DNA from: Octopus vulgaris
Taxonomy: Eukaryota
NCBI GenBank assembly: GCA_951406725.2
Contig: OX597826.1
Span: 52,452,001 to 52,516,000, forward strand
Direction: 5' to 3'
DNA: 64,000 nucleotides
Shown here: in pieces, positions 1-15,008 of the stretch
How positions within the stretch are numbered: position 1 is the first letter of the stretch
Layout of the letters: each line of letters opens with the position of its first letter
Position numbers and translations under genes: made by a program
The notes under the pieces: model-generated
The model's database searches: none
The model's input: only the letters and a program-made list of their open reading frames with translations
Told to the model about the DNA's origin: nothing

Positions 1-330
1 AAGCAACTTCGTAGTTGAAGGAAGAAGACGTTACTAGAACTCTTCTTCATATAGAGAGTACAGGAAATGCAGTGAAGTAGCGTGGCATTACAGTATAAAT
101 AAATGAGGAAATGAATGAAATAATTTATAAACAACAAGAAAATAGATGTGGAACAAACAAAAAGGTCTGGGAATTCTAACGCAGACGTAACTAAATCGAA
201 GACTAATTGACTCACAAAAAGAAAACCGTCTTGTTCAGATTGGATGTTTCACACAGCCTGTAAAATTCAAAAGGCTGATTTCAAGGTAGAGTTATTTTTC
301 CTATATGGTGTTTATAAATATGTGTGTGTG

Positions 331-565
331 GAGGGCACGTGGCCTAGTGGTTAGGCTGTTGTACTCACAATCGCTAGATTGTGGGTTCGATTTCCAGATT
401 GGGCGGCGCGTTATGTTCTTGAGCAAAACACTTCATTTCACGTTGCTCCACCCCACCCTTTTGGAAGAGAGTGGGGGAATATTGGGCTGCTCGCCTAGCC
501 ACCGAGGTGGTGTCTTTTGAAGGCTAAAACAATGCAAAATGCATTCTGACCAGCTATATGTAACA
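331..565 (+). mobile_element. tRNA-derived SINE (family A head)
   Basis: A-box TGGCCTAGTGG and B-box GGTTCGATTTCC, then CTTGAGCAAAACACTTCATTTCACGTTGCTCCA. Related copies at 2457-2710 and 63905-64000. Confidence 0.75.
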
Positions 566-566
566 A

Positions 567-878
567 GTTTTCCGAGCTGCCGTACCTTCGTAATCACCAT
601 TAAACTCATCCAACTCTTTTCGAATCCTCTGCACCGTCCTCGGATTGACATCCAGACACTCTGAAATGTTCGTATTGGAGCTTCCGGTGCAAATGCCAAG
701 CAGTAGAGCATATCTTTTCCAAATTTCTGGGTGAGTGAATTGGGTGATGATGCTATTTTTCTCACAGACGGCGTCCTACTGACCCTACTGAACTGTGTAG
801 TCGACAAAATAAAAAAACAAATGCATGTGCGAAATAAAAGAAAATTTAAATGGCGCCAATTTACCCATCGCACGTTGT
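567..878 (-). mobile_element. 5' fragment of a Tc1/mariner-superfamily transposon (N-terminal HTH of the transposase plus one terminus)
   Basis: Minus strand reads KRYALLLGICTGSSNTNISECLDVNPRTVQRIRKELDEFNGDYEGTAARK, HTH-like. Ends in a TIR-like TACAACGTGCGATGGGTAAATTGGCGCC next to (TA)n. Confidence 0.55.
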
Positions 879-924
879 ATATATATATATATATATATGT
901 ATATTTATATATATATTGTTTCTT

Positions 925-1003
925 TTATTCTTTTATTTGCTTCAGTCATTTGACTGCGGACATGCTGGACAACTGTCTTTAGTCGCGTACACACACAGGC
1001 AGA

Positions 1004-1056
<53 letters not shown>

Positions 1057-1215
1057 GACGGACTTATTTCCGTTTTCGCCTACCAAATCCACTCACAAGG
1101 CTTTAGTCAGTCCACGTCTATGGTAGAAGACATCTGTCTAAGGTGTCACGCAGTGGGACTGAATCCGGAACCATGAAGGTGGAAAGCAAACTTCTTACCA
1201 CACACCCACGCTTAC
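925..1215 (-). mobile_element. tRNA-derived SINE family B, internally deleted, with internal (TA)n
   Basis: Head 1055-1215 matches 21063-21225 in reverse. Tail 925-975 reads (rc) CCAGCATGTCCGCAGTCAAATGACTGAAGC. Confidence 0.8.
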
Positions 1216-1314
1216 GCCTATAATACATAATATATAAATATAATAATAATAATATATATATATAATGTATACGTATATATATGTATGTATATGCATGTAT
1301 ATATATACATACTT

Positions 1315-1367
<53 letters not shown>

Positions 1368-1567
1368 TACATGTATAGAATATAAGGATAAAATCACGTT
1401 AATGATTTTTATCAGGTATAAAGATTTATAGATAATTTATACATTAAAGCGAATCTGCTTTGTACGGTATGTGTAATTATTTGTATCTACATTTCCCGTG
1501 TATTTTTTGACGAAGGAAAAAAGCCTGTTTTTATGGTTTTAATCCAGAAAATGGAACCAATTCACGA

Positions 1568-2430
1568 TTAATATGAAGTTCTGAAACTTTTCAAGAGAAG
1601 ATTCATCTCATTCTTGTTGATGTTTCTATTTGACAAATTTAGGATCTTTGGGTGTGAATGTTCTGTGTGCTCATTAAAGTCTTCTACTGCGTCAGGTCTA
1701 CTGCACGATTGTGGTATTTTCTCCCTAAAAAAGAATTGTATTACTGTGATTCCATTTTCTGTTTCCAAGGTTTTGGTTCCCTCGAAGGTGTGGGGATGTT
1801 TCATGTTCTTTGTACGCATTTCGTTGTCTATAGATTCTGTCTTCTTTCCATCTTCTATGTTTATTAGGCCATTCAGGATATTGTATGGGATTGTTAGTCG
1901 TAAATCATGGGTTTCTTGAGTTTCTGTGATGATTATTCATACTATAGTTTCCGTGTTGCCCGTATTTTACTTGTTTTTCTTTCCATGTATTCATCCGTCT
2001 AGGGTATTTGGTATTATGGGTTAGAGCTTGTCTGTATGTTACTTGTCTTTCCTGTCTTTTTCTCCATGTGTTCCTCCATCTAGGGTATTTGATTTGGGTT
2101 GATGGTTGTCTTCTATATTCCATGTATTTGCTTATTAATGTGCTATGTTTTGGTATTGCATATGTTCTTGGATAACTAGAGGTTCGATACCTTAGTCTGG
2201 TTCCTCTGGGGTCGGTGTCTATGTTTGTTTTTGATTTCCTCGTATTTTTACGTCGATGTGGTTTCGTTTTCATAATACATTTTCTCCATAGTTTTTTCAT
2301 AGTTAGTGAACCACTCCTGTTTTTCTCACATTTGCATGGATTTTTCTTCTTACCGCTTAATGTCTTCTTTCCATAGTTGTAATTTTTCATCTCTTTGTCA
2401 CTTCGTTCGCCAATTTCAGCAAACATAACT
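1568..2430 (-). pseudogene. Probable N-terminal fragment of a Penelope-like element ORF
   Basis: Basic low-complexity region followed by KILNLSNRNINKNEMNLLLK, resembling the NLS..L..L.KG motif that precedes PLE RT domains. Frameshifted. Confidence 0.45.
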
Positions 2431-2456
2431 GCATCAATTGTTTTGACTTTCTCTGG

Positions 2457-2710
2457 AAGACCAGCAGTCGCCCATGCAACCGGCCTCCCCTCTCCGTGCC
2501 ACAAGTGTTATCCAAGGGAAAGGCAAGGGCCGATACAACTTGGCACCTGTGACGTCGCAACTCATTTCTAAATCTGAGTGAACTGGAGCAACGTGAAATA
2601 AAGTGTCTTGCTCAAGAACAAATCACAGACACAGCCCGGTCCGGAATTCGAGCTCACAACTTCACAATCGTAAGTTCGTCGCTCTAACCACTGAGCCATG
2701 CGCCTCCACA
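2457..2710 (-). mobile_element. tRNA-derived SINE family A
   Basis: rc begins GGAGGCGCATGGCTCAGTGGTTAGAGCG...GAGCTCGAATTCC, then TTCTTGAGCAAGACACTTTATTTCACGTTGCTCCAG. Confidence 0.8.
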
Positions 2711-2730
2711 ATATTTTCACAATATTTTTT

Positions 2731-2764
<34 letters not shown>

Positions 2765-2928
2765 AGGATAAGATCGTTAATTTAAAAATAAAATAACGAT
2801 TTTATCAAGTGGTAAAAATGGAAAAAGTAACCTTCATAGGTAATAATTATTAGAATTATAAATATCAAAACGGAGAAAAAACAAAGAGACAAGATGAAAC
2901 TAGTAAAAAAATTACTGGATATATAATT

Positions 2929-2978
<50 letters not shown>

Positions 2979-2985
2979 AATTATA

Positions 2986-3028
<43 letters not shown>

Positions 3029-3099
3029 ATATATATATATATATATAAAGTGAGACTAAGAGAGATAGACAGATAGAGAGAGAGTAACAAAGAGAGACG

Positions 3100-3728
3100 C
3101 ACACACACCCTTCAGACTGCCTCTGACACCCTATTGACCCCCCCATCTACGCACACATGTAAACACATATGCACATACACGGCCACTCCTGCCCGTTCAC
3201 ACGTCAATTACACGCTTGTCACTATAACTGTTGGCCTCTCAGAGCGACATTAACACACAGGCACACAAATCTTGTCACACGCACAGATACTACGACACGC
3301 TCACACATCCTTCTACATGCGCACAGATTCTACCACACACATACACAGATTACTCACACAAACACAAACGCACACACACACACACACTCTCAATGCTACA
3401 CACTCACGCTTCCATACATACAGACGCTACCACAAACACACATACCGACCATCTTCACAATCTCCTGTCCAAGAAAGCACTTTCTCGTCCTCTTTCTACT
3501 TCCGGTCACTTCAGAAATGTAACCGCACGTGAACTATTGACGATTTTCCTCATTATTTCTCCTTATCCTTTGGACTTGCCTGTTTTTTCTGTCTCCGACG
3601 AAGAGCAGTGTTCGAAACCTAAAACGACAACTCTTCCTTCATTAAGCGTCATATTAATACATTGCTTGTTCTACGTCTTCACGTTCGTTTGATTTCTCTT
3701 TTATTCTCTGTGTTTTGAATTGACTTCA
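3100..3728 (+). mobile_element. PLE-type terminal repeat relic (CA-rich body plus degenerate hammerhead at 3590-3629)
   Basis: TGTC-T-CCGACGA-A-GAGC-AGT-GTTC-GAAAC...GACA. Same architecture as the elements at 5420-6770. Confidence 0.5.
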
Positions 3729-3740
3729 TACATACATACA

Positions 3741-3776
<36 letters not shown>

Positions 3777-4973
3777 TATATGCACGTGTATATTGTGTAC
3801 ATGAAAGGGAGTTGTATTTATTCATAAAAGATACTAAAATGAAGAGAAATGAAAGGTGCGGTTATTGTTGCGATATTTGCATTTTATGTGCAATTATATA
3901 ATCCCAACACATATGTCTTCACTTATCGGTAAGTATTCGGTGAAATAATTAATGTTATCGCCCTCGAATATTCTAGCTGTAACTGAACAATAAAGATATC
4001 TCAACTGGCTAGAAGTAACACTCGACGGATTTTTATGGCTACGACAATGACTAATATAAATTGATCGCTGCTATAAAATTATAAACCTACGTTTGGCTCA
4101 GCATAGTTTTAATGTAAGCACAAAATCCTGGCATTAAATCAGCAGCCATACTCCATGACTTATATGAAAGTTGAATATACAAATTTTACGTGAATCTAGG
4201 CTGCTCCAGCAGGTTCATAATATTCGATACCTATACACATACACATCGAGCACTATATTGCCCATAGTCAACACTTGTTTGCTTGGATTTTGTCTCCCTT
4301 TGTTTGACGCTGGATTTTAAGTTTATAGTCTAGTCTGAACAATAATTGTCTGTGTTACTTAAACGCCTTTTTTGACATTACACACACACACTCTCACACA
4401 CACACACAAATACACACACACATACACAAGCACACACTCGCAAGAATTGATATTTGTCTACTTGTGATGATACAACATCTCCCTTTCTCAATTAATCATG
4501 TCCTAAAATACCACAAAAATCCAAAAATTTCTTGAAGCAAAACGTCCATATACGAAGTTCACTTAGGTGTAGCACAAAGTATTCACATAAAAGAATAACA
4601 TGCTGATAGTTGTACTGAGACGGTAATAGAGTAAAACTGTTAATATGGAATATCATAAAGTTGACAGTTTATGACGTCCAAGTGTCTGTCTTCGTTCCCC
4701 GTTTAGTTTCTTTTTGATCTCTCATATTGTTGTTGGGTCAGAGAAGGCTAATTGTTCTACATATATTTAGTGTCTTTTACTTTGCAATAGGCTTTCGTAA
4801 TTTTTCTCATCTTTATGTCTTCTTTTCTCATGATACTGTGAGTATAATATCCTATGTGTTCTACCTACCTTATCTCCGCTAAGTCCCAATTAGATTTAAT
4901 TTCTACTGCGACACAAAAGCAAGAAGTTATGTTGGTAAAGTGACCAAACCTGCCGAATTTCAGTGGGCATTGA

Positions 4974-5039
<66 letters not shown>

Positions 5040-5042
5040 TAT

Positions 5043-5221
5043 AGGGAGAACTCATTAAAAAAACAAAAAACCAAGATAGGTGGTGTAGACAACAAACAGA
5101 TGTATTAGTATAACGCTCGGAAAGTGAAAAAGTCTTTAACCTTTCGGGCCTACGCTCTTCCACAGAAAGGAACACAGAAAGAAACAAGGAGAGAAAATAA
5201 AGAATGTGCAATGGCTAGCGA

Positions 5222-5222
<1 letters not shown>
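5043..5222 (-). mobile_element. Solo PLE-type terminal repeat with hammerhead-like motif (5132-5170)
   Basis: Reverse-complement homolog of 15785-15968. rc motif CCTTT-CTGTGGA-A-GAGCGTAGGCCC-GAAAGGTT-AAAG. Flanked by microsatellites. Confidence 0.7.
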
Positions 5223-5313
<91 letters not shown>

Positions 5314-5419
5314 TATGTATGTATGTATGTATGTGTGTATGTATGTGTGTGTGTGTGTTGAGAACGAGAGAGAGATACATACATAGACAGATAGACATAT
5401 ATATATATATATATATATA

Positions 5420-6768
5420 TAGTCCGAATTTATAGAAAGACAGACAAAAACAGGTATAGGAGTAATAAACAAATGTATTAGTTTGTTGATCGGGAAAATG
5501 GAAAAGTCTTGTACGTTTCGATCCTACGCTCTTCGGCAGAAAGGAATAAGAAGAAATAAATAGAGAAAAAGAATGAAAAAGACGTCTTCATTTCAGTGAT
5601 CCAATATATCGGTGATTGGAAAAAATGCTTTATCATGTGGTGTGTGCACAAGTGTATATATATGTGTGTGCGTGTGTCACCGTGACCAAATAGTATGCAT
5701 GTGTATAGCGTGTATGTATGGGCGAAAGTTATATTTGTCAATGGTTGTTGCGTGTGTTTATGCGTTTTGGGTATGTGTGTGTGTGTGTGTATGTGTGTGT
5801 GTATATATATCGTCTGTGCTCAGGTATTATGTGCCTATGTGGGTGTGATAGTGTGCATGACGGTGTGTGGTCTTTGTACTGAGTTAAAGAGCGTGTGTGA
5901 CTGCTCATATAATGGTATGGGTGGTGAGGCTACACTGTTCGACTCATCACTCACTTCACACACAATTAGATACACACTCCACAACACCTTCACGCTCCAC
6001 ACACACTTCTTGCGCTCACACCTCACACCGTCATTCACACACACACACACAATCTTCAATAGCGTCAACACACATTCCACTATATGAGAAGCCAGACACA
6101 CTGCTTAACTCAATACACACACCAAACACTATCATGCACACTCCCACACCCACACAAACACATAATACCTGAGCACAGACAATATATACACATACACATA
6201 TGCACACACGCAGCATGCATAAGGACACGCAACACACATAAACAAATATAACTTTCGCCCATATATATACACTATACACATGCTCACTATTTCGTCACAG
6301 TAACACACACATACACGGGCACACACCACGTGAAAAAAGCTCACATCAGCTGTTACACCCAACACACACAGACACGCATATTATACACGCACACATGTCA
6401 AATTCACTCGACCCATTCACGCAAACACACACACACACACCATTCTCACCTACACATTTACGTTTCCGCACCTCCTCCTGTTCGGATTAATATGAATTAT
6501 CTCCACTTGATTCAACCCCTCTTTACTATTATCTACCTTTCATTCAATCTCTTTTTTCCCCAATCATTCGTCATGCTGTGCCGCTGAACTCAACACATTT
6601 TTTTTCATTCTGTCTCTCTGCTTATTTTCTTTTGTTCCTTTCTGTTGAAGTGCATAGGCTCGAAACGTAAAAGACACGTTCATATTTCCCAGCGTCAAAC
6701 TAATACATTTGCTTGTTGTTCCTACTCCTGTCTTCGTCTTAGTTTTTCTATGAATTTGAACTATATAT
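5420..6768. mobile_element. Non-coding inverted (fold-back) PLE-type element with outward-facing hammerhead-like motifs
   Basis: 5627-5925 is an inverted homolog of 6065-6340, and 5420-5600 of 6580-6768. Motifs at 5506-5544 (-) and 6637-6675 (+). Confidence 0.7.
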
Positions 6769-7489
6769 CATACGCTCATGTGGTAACCAGTTTCATCTTG
6801 ACTGAACGTCTCACTCTTTGGACTTGCATATCTTTACCACTTTCAGACCTTTCAGGACCTTTCCTCATCCACATACCACCACACGCTCACACCCGGTTAC
6901 CACTAGATCTTTGTAGTCTTTTGGTATCTATCTTCACGGATCTCACTGGTTATTTTTGTTGATACACACACACACACACAAACAAACACATATATATAGA
7001 GAGATAAATACAGATACATTTGTATGTATGTATGTATGTATGTATGTATGTATGTATGTATATGTGTGTGTGTTCGCATGTCTATCTCTCTGAAATCGGA
7101 GCAATGTGGAAAGGCAGCAAACTTCTTACCGGAAAGAGAGAGAGAGAGTAAGAGAGAAAGGGGGAGAGAGAGAAAAGTTTTGCAGTTATTAGACGTGTTA
7201 TATATTGAATGAGGTTTAAGGTGATGATTATCATAATTATTATTTATTTTGTTTATGAGTGGAATCTACAGTGTGGTGCAGATAGTGTACTTAACTATGA
7301 CGATAATTTGTCCAATATTTATGAATCTGAATGCTAATACCACCTGAGGATAATGTCACTAAATAGCATAAGTCATTGAAGTAATAGTAGAGTAGTTGTA
7401 GTAGTAGTATTAGTAGTAGTAGTAGTAGGTTTCATGTCACTGTTTTTTTTTTTTTGAGGTAGCAATGATAACGGGGATAATGGCGTATC

Positions 7490-7662
7490 AAAAATAGTTT
7501 CTTCCATCTTTACGTTCTGACTTCAAATTCCGCCGAAATCGGCTTCACCTTTCCCCCTTTCGTGGTCTATAAAGTAACTACCCAGCTGAGCACTGGGGGC
7601 AATGTAATTGACTTAGTCCCTTCCCCGAGATTTCTGGCCTTGTGCCAAAATTTGAAACCAAT
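7490..7662 (+). mobile_element. SINE family D
   Basis: TTACGTTCTGACTTCAAATTCCGCCG...GGCCTTGTGCCAAAATTTGAAACCA. Homologous to 14365-14580 and 29668-29880. Confidence 0.7.
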
Positions 7663-7691
7663 ATAAAAAAATAGTTGTTATGTTAAAAATA

Positions 7692-7706
7692 CTGCTGCTG
7701 CTGCTG

Positions 7707-7803
<97 letters not shown>

Positions 7804-7818
7804 TAATAATAATAATAA
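7692..7818. repeat. Compound triplet microsatellite (CTG)n(CTA)n(TAA)n
   Basis: Directly visible. Confidence 0.95.
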
Positions 7819-7821
7819 ACA

Positions 7822-8080
7822 ATCTTCTGTCAGTGGTACAAAAGGGATGCCGAAAAGGATCCAAGGGTACCAATGACCACCTTGTGGTAGACAAGGTTGT
7901 AATGAAGAACTATAAACGGTACCAAAAACACTTATGCATGGCCTGGATAGTCTTCAAAAAGGCTTACGACATGTTGCCGCACTCGTGGATTTTGGAAACA
8001 CTCGACAAGTGTGAAATATCTGAGAACGTTTGTGCACCAATTAAGAACAGCATACCTAACTGGAAAACGCGTCTGAAAGA
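7822..8080 (+). pseudogene. Reverse transcriptase fragment of a Dong/R4-type non-LTR retrotransposon
   Basis: QKGCRKGSKGTNDHLVVDK...LCMAWIVFKKAYDMLPHSWI matches R4/Dong RT domains 1-3. Abuts (TAA)n, the known Dong target. Confidence 0.8.
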
Positions 8081-8309
8081 TTTTTCTTATATATATATAT
8101 ACACGCACAAAAAGAATAACCACTCCCAGATGAACCACCACAGCAATATATACGTAAAAATGTAAACACATGGACTGCAATAATTTCTATACAAAAACTG
8201 CAAACCTGTAAAATTTAAATTTTTAAATTTTTAATTTTAATAATATATACACCCATATATATAAAATATGCAGCACACACCACCCCACCAGCAGAAATAA
8301 TGCAATAGA

Positions 8310-9800
8310 AAGTTGCTTGAAACTATCAGATGTCGAAAAATAAAAGTGGTGATGAACGTTACTTTACCTCAGTTTATGAGAGACATGAGTTTCCGAAGAC
8401 ATATGCTGGGCCTTTAAGGGATGACTTCTCGCTCGGCAGTAGTTCAGTAAAGATGCAGACTGACCAGGCAGTAGGAAAGACAAACAATAGCATAAGAGAT
8501 ACAGCTCAAAGCAAAGCAGAACCTAAAGGAAAAAATAATAATAGCGCTGCCAATAAGGAAGAAGCAGCTGGCATCAGCGACTTAAGTGATTTAAGTGAGG
8601 AAGATCAGAAAATTTTAGATGAATTTCAGGAATTAATGACTAAAGAAGCAAGGAAAAGATTGCCAGCATAAAAAGGCACCAACGCAAGGAAGCTGCTAGA
8701 CATAACTAGCAGTTTAGATTCTGTTATCAGTAGGATAGATGCTAAAAATATAGTGAATACTAACTTACTGATCTATGCAGGAGGGTTTTTAGTCACTTGA
8801 AGGTTCGATATCTCACAGGGAAAGACTAAAAAAGAACAAATGTGGAAACGGAGACTACAAACTAACGTGAATATTTGAAAATAGGGTCCGAGTAGAACAG
8901 AAGCCTCGAAACTGAACAAGTTAGGAAACACAAGATGCAAATCTTCCCTCGAGAAAAGATACTTAGTCAAAGAGAAAGGATTCGGGACAGTAATAGAAGA
9001 ATTGTAGCAGCGTATCATAACAGTAGCAGGCAAGCTCTCCAGATATCAGAAAAGAAGAGACCAGTATCAACAGATTAGATTATTTGAGTCAGACCAGAGG
9101 AGGTTTTATAACCAAATAAATAGTGGAGAACGAAGTACTGAAAATGAGAAACCTAATGCAGAGGAAGGTAGAAAGTTCTGGAGTAATATTTGGGATAAAG
9201 TAGTCAGTCATAATGGAGATGCAGTGTAGTTAAAGAAAATTAGGGAAGTAATGAGTGAGAAGCAGCCAGATCTAAGACTAACTGGTGCATTAATGAGGTA
9301 AGAATTACTAAAAATGCTGAATTGGAAAACTAGGATTATAACATAGTGATAAATGGTATGAACATGAACCCAGTAAAATAAGAAATACAAGATGTGAGAT
9401 TTAATACTCAAACTGTTGAAGTTATAGGAGCTAGAATGCTTGATTTAATAGTAGTAGATAAAGAGAATAGAAGGTGCCAGATAATGACTTTACAGTCCGA
9501 AATGAGGAAATAATCAATATGAAGAGTATAGAAAAAATAACAAATTAACAGGACCTAACCATTGAATTGCAGAGACTATGGAAAGTGCGGGTAAAATGTA
9601 TCCCAGTAGTTATAGGTGCGCTGGAAACTATCGCTAAAGATCTGAATAGATGGATAGAGGAAATAGGCATAAAATCCAGTTTGGTACAGCTCCAGAAAAC
9701 AGTCTTATTAGGGACAGCTAGGATACTTAGGAGAGTTCTTGGTATTCAAGGTTACTTGTTGACCGATGCTAAGTTTTTTTCTTTTCTAACAGTGTAATCT
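8310..9800 (+). mobile_element. Internally deleted Dong/R4-type LINE (N-terminal region fused to C-terminal restriction-like endonuclease)
   Basis: QYQQIRLFESDQRRFYNQI...PNAEEGRKFWSNIW at ~9060-9190. ELQRLWKVRVKCIPVVIGALETI...LQKTVLLGTARILRRVL at 9564-9740. Followed by a triplet-repeat tail. ORF 8330-8671 is probably its N-terminus. Confidence 0.75.
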
Positions 9801-9822
9801 ATTGTGTGCATATGTATATACC

Positions 9823-10077
<255 letters not shown>

Positions 10078-10655
10078 TAGGTTTTAGATAGAATAATGTC
10101 AGTAGTAGAGGGAATAGTTGTATTGTTATTGGCAAAGACATGATTGGTAAAGATAAAGATTGTGATTAAATAATCTGTAAGGAGATAATGTGTAAAATAA
10201 GTGGATGTTGTTAGGATCGATAGTTCTATGTAAGAGTTCTATATTAGATCTGTTATGTTCGATTATTTTATTAATTGTAAATCGATGATGATACTTCCAA
10301 GACATCGCAAGTTTGCCTCTTGCTGGTCGTTCTCAAAACGTAAATGCGTATAAAACGCGCGATATAATTTCATAGAGCGCATTGCTGAAACAGCTGAGAT
10401 ATGTTGTTTTGAATAAAATATATGAACGACTTTATAATCTTATTATAAAATTTGAGTGCTAGCGTGAAAGAAGTCACCGTTATATTCCTGTCAACTATTC
10501 GTAATTTAAGCACAAGACCATGGGGTTAGTTGATTACCTGGCTAGCATAATCCTATAAAAGGAGAAACAAATAGTATATATCGTTGCCAGTATGCAAAAG
10601 TGTCGTAAGTCTCCCCAAAAGTTGCTTTTTCAGAAATCTAGTGTGCATATGGATA

Positions 10656-10667
10656 TACTACTACTAG

Positions 10668-10699
<32 letters not shown>

Positions 10700-10753
10700 T
10701 CACCACTACCACCACCACTACCACCACCATCACCACCACCACCACCACCACTA

Positions 10754-10795
<42 letters not shown>

Positions 10796-10903
10796 TTAAC
10801 TACTACTACCACCACCATCACCACCACCACTACCACCACCACTACCACCACCACCACCACCACCACCACCACCACCACCACCACCACCACCACCACCACC
10901 ACT

Positions 10904-10999
<96 letters not shown>
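10656..10999. repeat. Compound (CTA)n/(CCA)n microsatellite
   Basis: Directly visible. Confidence 0.95.
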
Positions 11000-11768
11000 G
11001 TCGTTTTCTGTTCATTCTATTGCAAAATCGTTGTACAACATTTTGACAATTTTTGATAGCTTGGCATTTGAAGCAGCTGGAGATACGATAGTTTGACCAA
11101 AATAACCGGTCATTGCAAGCAAAATTAAATATTGAAAAAAATAAAAACGCATTTGGACATACGACAGTTTCACATAATCGCAACGATATATATGTGTGTG
11201 TAAGTGTGTGTATGTATGTGCATGTGTGTGCGTGTGAGAGAGTGTGGACAAACGAAAGTTTACACACACACACGCACATATATATACGCATACATATACA
11301 TATACATGCTTCTCGTTGTCAGTCTCATCTCTCAGTGTAATCTGATGGAATGATTATACAAGCTGATCTTCTTTCAGCTTAGAATAAATGCGATAATTCA
11401 AAGGATTCATTAATACACCACAACATAAGGTTCTGTATCCCACGTTTTCATTAATTAGGAATATTTCATATTCATAAGATGTTATTCAAAATTATTCTCT
11501 TAATATCTACGAATCTGAAAATTTTAACCTTCCCATTACAAAGTGGATGCTTCTTTAGGTGATACCTTTATGTTTCAGTAACATAAACGTATGACAAATA
11601 CCTGACTAATGAAAATTTAGGGTGCAGAAACGTATCTTGTGATGCATTAATAAGCCTATGGATTTCCATCCGCAAGTTATTTTTGTTATTACTACCTACC
11701 TACATATCCCCTCCTCACACACATGTACAAACTTGTTCCTACCTCAAATATGCTTGGGGCTTATATAG

Positions 11769-12171
11769 AACTAGCAGTATCGCCCGGCGTTGCTCGAGTT
11801 TGTAAGGGAAATAACTATATAAGCATTTTTAGAGAGTTATAGCCAAAAAATAGCAAAAAAAATGCATTAAAAATGGAAAGAAAATTATGGTAAATTTTTT
11901 TTAAATCGTTGACTCATCGTAGACATTTTTAGAGAGTTATATCCTTTATATAATAGCGAAAAAATGCATTAAAATGGAAAAAAATAATTATGGTAATTTT
12001 TTTTTAAATCGTAGACTCATCGTAGACGCGCGCTAATACCCAGAAGGGCTCGATATGAATCACGACTATAAGATACCCGGTTTTGGTTAAACTGCACCGC
12101 AAAATGTGGGAGTAGTTAGGAATCTAAATCGTAGGAGACAGACACACAACCTTACTTTTATATATAAAGAT
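11769..12171. mobile_element. Helentron/DINE-1-like non-autonomous element
   Basis: One end ACTAGCAGTATCGCCCGGCGTTGCTCGAG, other end TTTTATATATAAAGAT, with internal tandem duplications, as in DINE-1/HINE elements. A similar end sits at ~48453. Confidence 0.6.
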
Positions 12172-13204
12172 TAGCCACTCCGTGCTAAATGGAGTATACT
12201 TCGAACATCTTGTCCCTACTTTTCTCATTCCTCTCCATTTAGGAATATCAATTTCAGCATTGTGCTATGATGGGTTTAAGAAATGAAATATGAATAAAAA
12301 GGTAAAAGAACATTAAGTTTATTATGTAATTCTAATTTACAGAAGTTGCTATTAATGGCATGCTAATAATTAATATAATTAGTCACAGTTGTGGTGTGTT
12401 GGTGTGTGTAACTAAGTCATACGACCAGTTCCAGTCAAAATTACTGGGTTTACTTAACTGACTAAATCTACTGAAGTTTGTAACTCAGTATAACCACAAT
12501 CCTATGACTAAAAACACTAAAGGTATAAATGAATAAACAATGGAAGAATACTATATGTAGTATATGTGGCACATGCCATATATATTCGTTATTAGTGACG
12601 GAAGCGGGATTAGTTTATGAGAGTGTACATCTTATTTATCGTGGACATACTGTATAAAGCCACAAAACTGCAGTATTAGTCTTGAGAAATCATATCTTTT
12701 AAATGCTGGGCGTTTTTCGCTGCTATTGACATTTCTGTGTTTTCTAACACTTTACGTAGAAGATATTTTCTCAAGATGAATACAGCAGTATTATCGCTTT
12801 CTTAGAGTATATCCACGTTAAGTAAGATATACAGAACGAGAAACGTTAATCTATATTTTATTTACGGCACGCCACCGTTTAGCGATTAGTTTCAGGACGA
12901 TGACATGAACGCAATGACAGATATCTATCTCTTGTCAGCTCGAAGCGTTCCCTTGTCTGGTATCTAATGCTGGGTAGAGGGATAACCACTCCCAAATGTA
13001 TGCATCCATCACCCAGGTTAAAGAGCGCTTCGAACTGCCTTTGCGTGTTTATATCCATTTGTCTATCGCGATTGGAATTCTTTTTTACCATTTCGAAGAA
13101 ATTAAAATAGCGGTTATAATGCCCTGATAAAGCCCTTGATGAATTGTACCATCATAATGCACAAAAAGATGCACTTTGATAGCGGTGGAAACGTTACGTA
13201 AGCA

Positions 13205-13665
13205 AAAAGTATTTAGGACAAATTATCGGCAGGAATGGACGACGACCGGAGCCGGGTAGGGCAGATGCAATAAGAAATATGCCTTCTCCGTCCAATATAA
13301 CGACCTTAAAAGCTTTTCTAGGTCTAGTAAATTTATTATCAAAATTACATACCAAATATGCATGAATTGATTTTGCTAAAAATAGATGTTACCTAGAATC
13401 GGTCAAGCAAATGTCAAAAGGCGTTTGACGATATTAAGAAAAATATCGATATCGGATTGGACGCTGGCTCATTTCGATCCTGCAGCGGAAATTGTAAGCT
13501 TCTGACGCTTCTGAATACGGTACAGGAGCAGTAATGCTACACAAATATAAAGACGGTAATATGAAGGCAGTAGATCATGCCTCACGTTCTCTGAAAGCAG
13601 TGAAAGCAGCAGAGAAAAAAACCTTAGTGAAACAGAGAAAGAAGCTCAATCGATTATTTTTGTCG
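13205..13665 (+). pseudogene. Gypsy LTR-retrotransposon pol relic (RT end to RNase H)
   Basis: KYLGQIIGRNGRRPEPGRADAIRNMPSPSNITTLKAFLGLVN...LAHFDP...[35 protein letters not shown], with frameshifts. Confidence 0.8.
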
Positions 13666-13699
13666 ATCAATTTTTGGGTCGAAGAAAGGAATATCGGGG

Positions 13700-14062
<363 letters not shown>

Positions 14063-14067
14063 TATAC

Positions 14068-14152
<85 letters not shown>

Positions 14153-14163
14153 CATGTATATAT

Positions 14164-14257
<94 letters not shown>

Positions 14258-14364
14258 TTTGTTTTGGTTCGGAAGAAGGTAGGCTTGGTTAGGGGTACCG
14301 TACATTTTAGTCAATGTACGAAACTTTTGGACCTTGACGCACTTTATGATATCTGCAAATTACT

Positions 14365-14580
14365 GGTTTCAAATTTTGGCACAAGGCCAGCAATTCCGGG
14401 GAAGGTATAAGTCGACAATATCGGCCCCAGTTTTTAACTAGTACTTATTTCACCGACTCCAAAAGGATGAACGGTAAAGCCGACCTCGGCGGAGTTTGAA
14501 ATCTGAGAGTAAAGACGGACGAAATGCCGCTTTGCATTTTGTCCGGCGTGCTATCTATTCCGGCAGCTCGCCGCCTTACT
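14365..14580 (-). mobile_element. SINE family D
   Basis: rc AAGGCGGCGAGCTGCCGGAATAG...GGCCTTGTGCCAAAATTTGAAACCA. Confidence 0.75.
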
Positions 14581-14895
14581 CCTGCTAAATATCAATATAT
14601 ATGTGCGTGTGTGTGTGTATTTGTGTATTTGTGTGTGCGTGTGTGTGCGTGTGTGTGCGTGCGCACGTCTGTGTGTACACACGCGTATGTATGAGTGTGT
14701 GTCTGTGTGTATGTGTTTATGATCATATTTTAATTCCTTCAATAAAACCGAAACTGTATGTTGTACATATTTTACAGAAAACTGAGTGTGCAAATACAAA
14801 GATTGTTCTATGAAAGATAACATGAGAGATGATCCTGTTTGCATCATATTAATATACTTACAAATATACATACATACATACACACACACACACAG

Positions 14896-14953
<58 letters not shown>

Positions 14954-14965
14954 TATGTATATATG

Positions 14966-15008
<43 letters not shown>

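Noticed and set aside
8330-8671. 113-aa ORF as a host gene
   Set aside because: Runs, through stops, into Dong/R4-type LINE coding sequence; better explained as its N-terminus.
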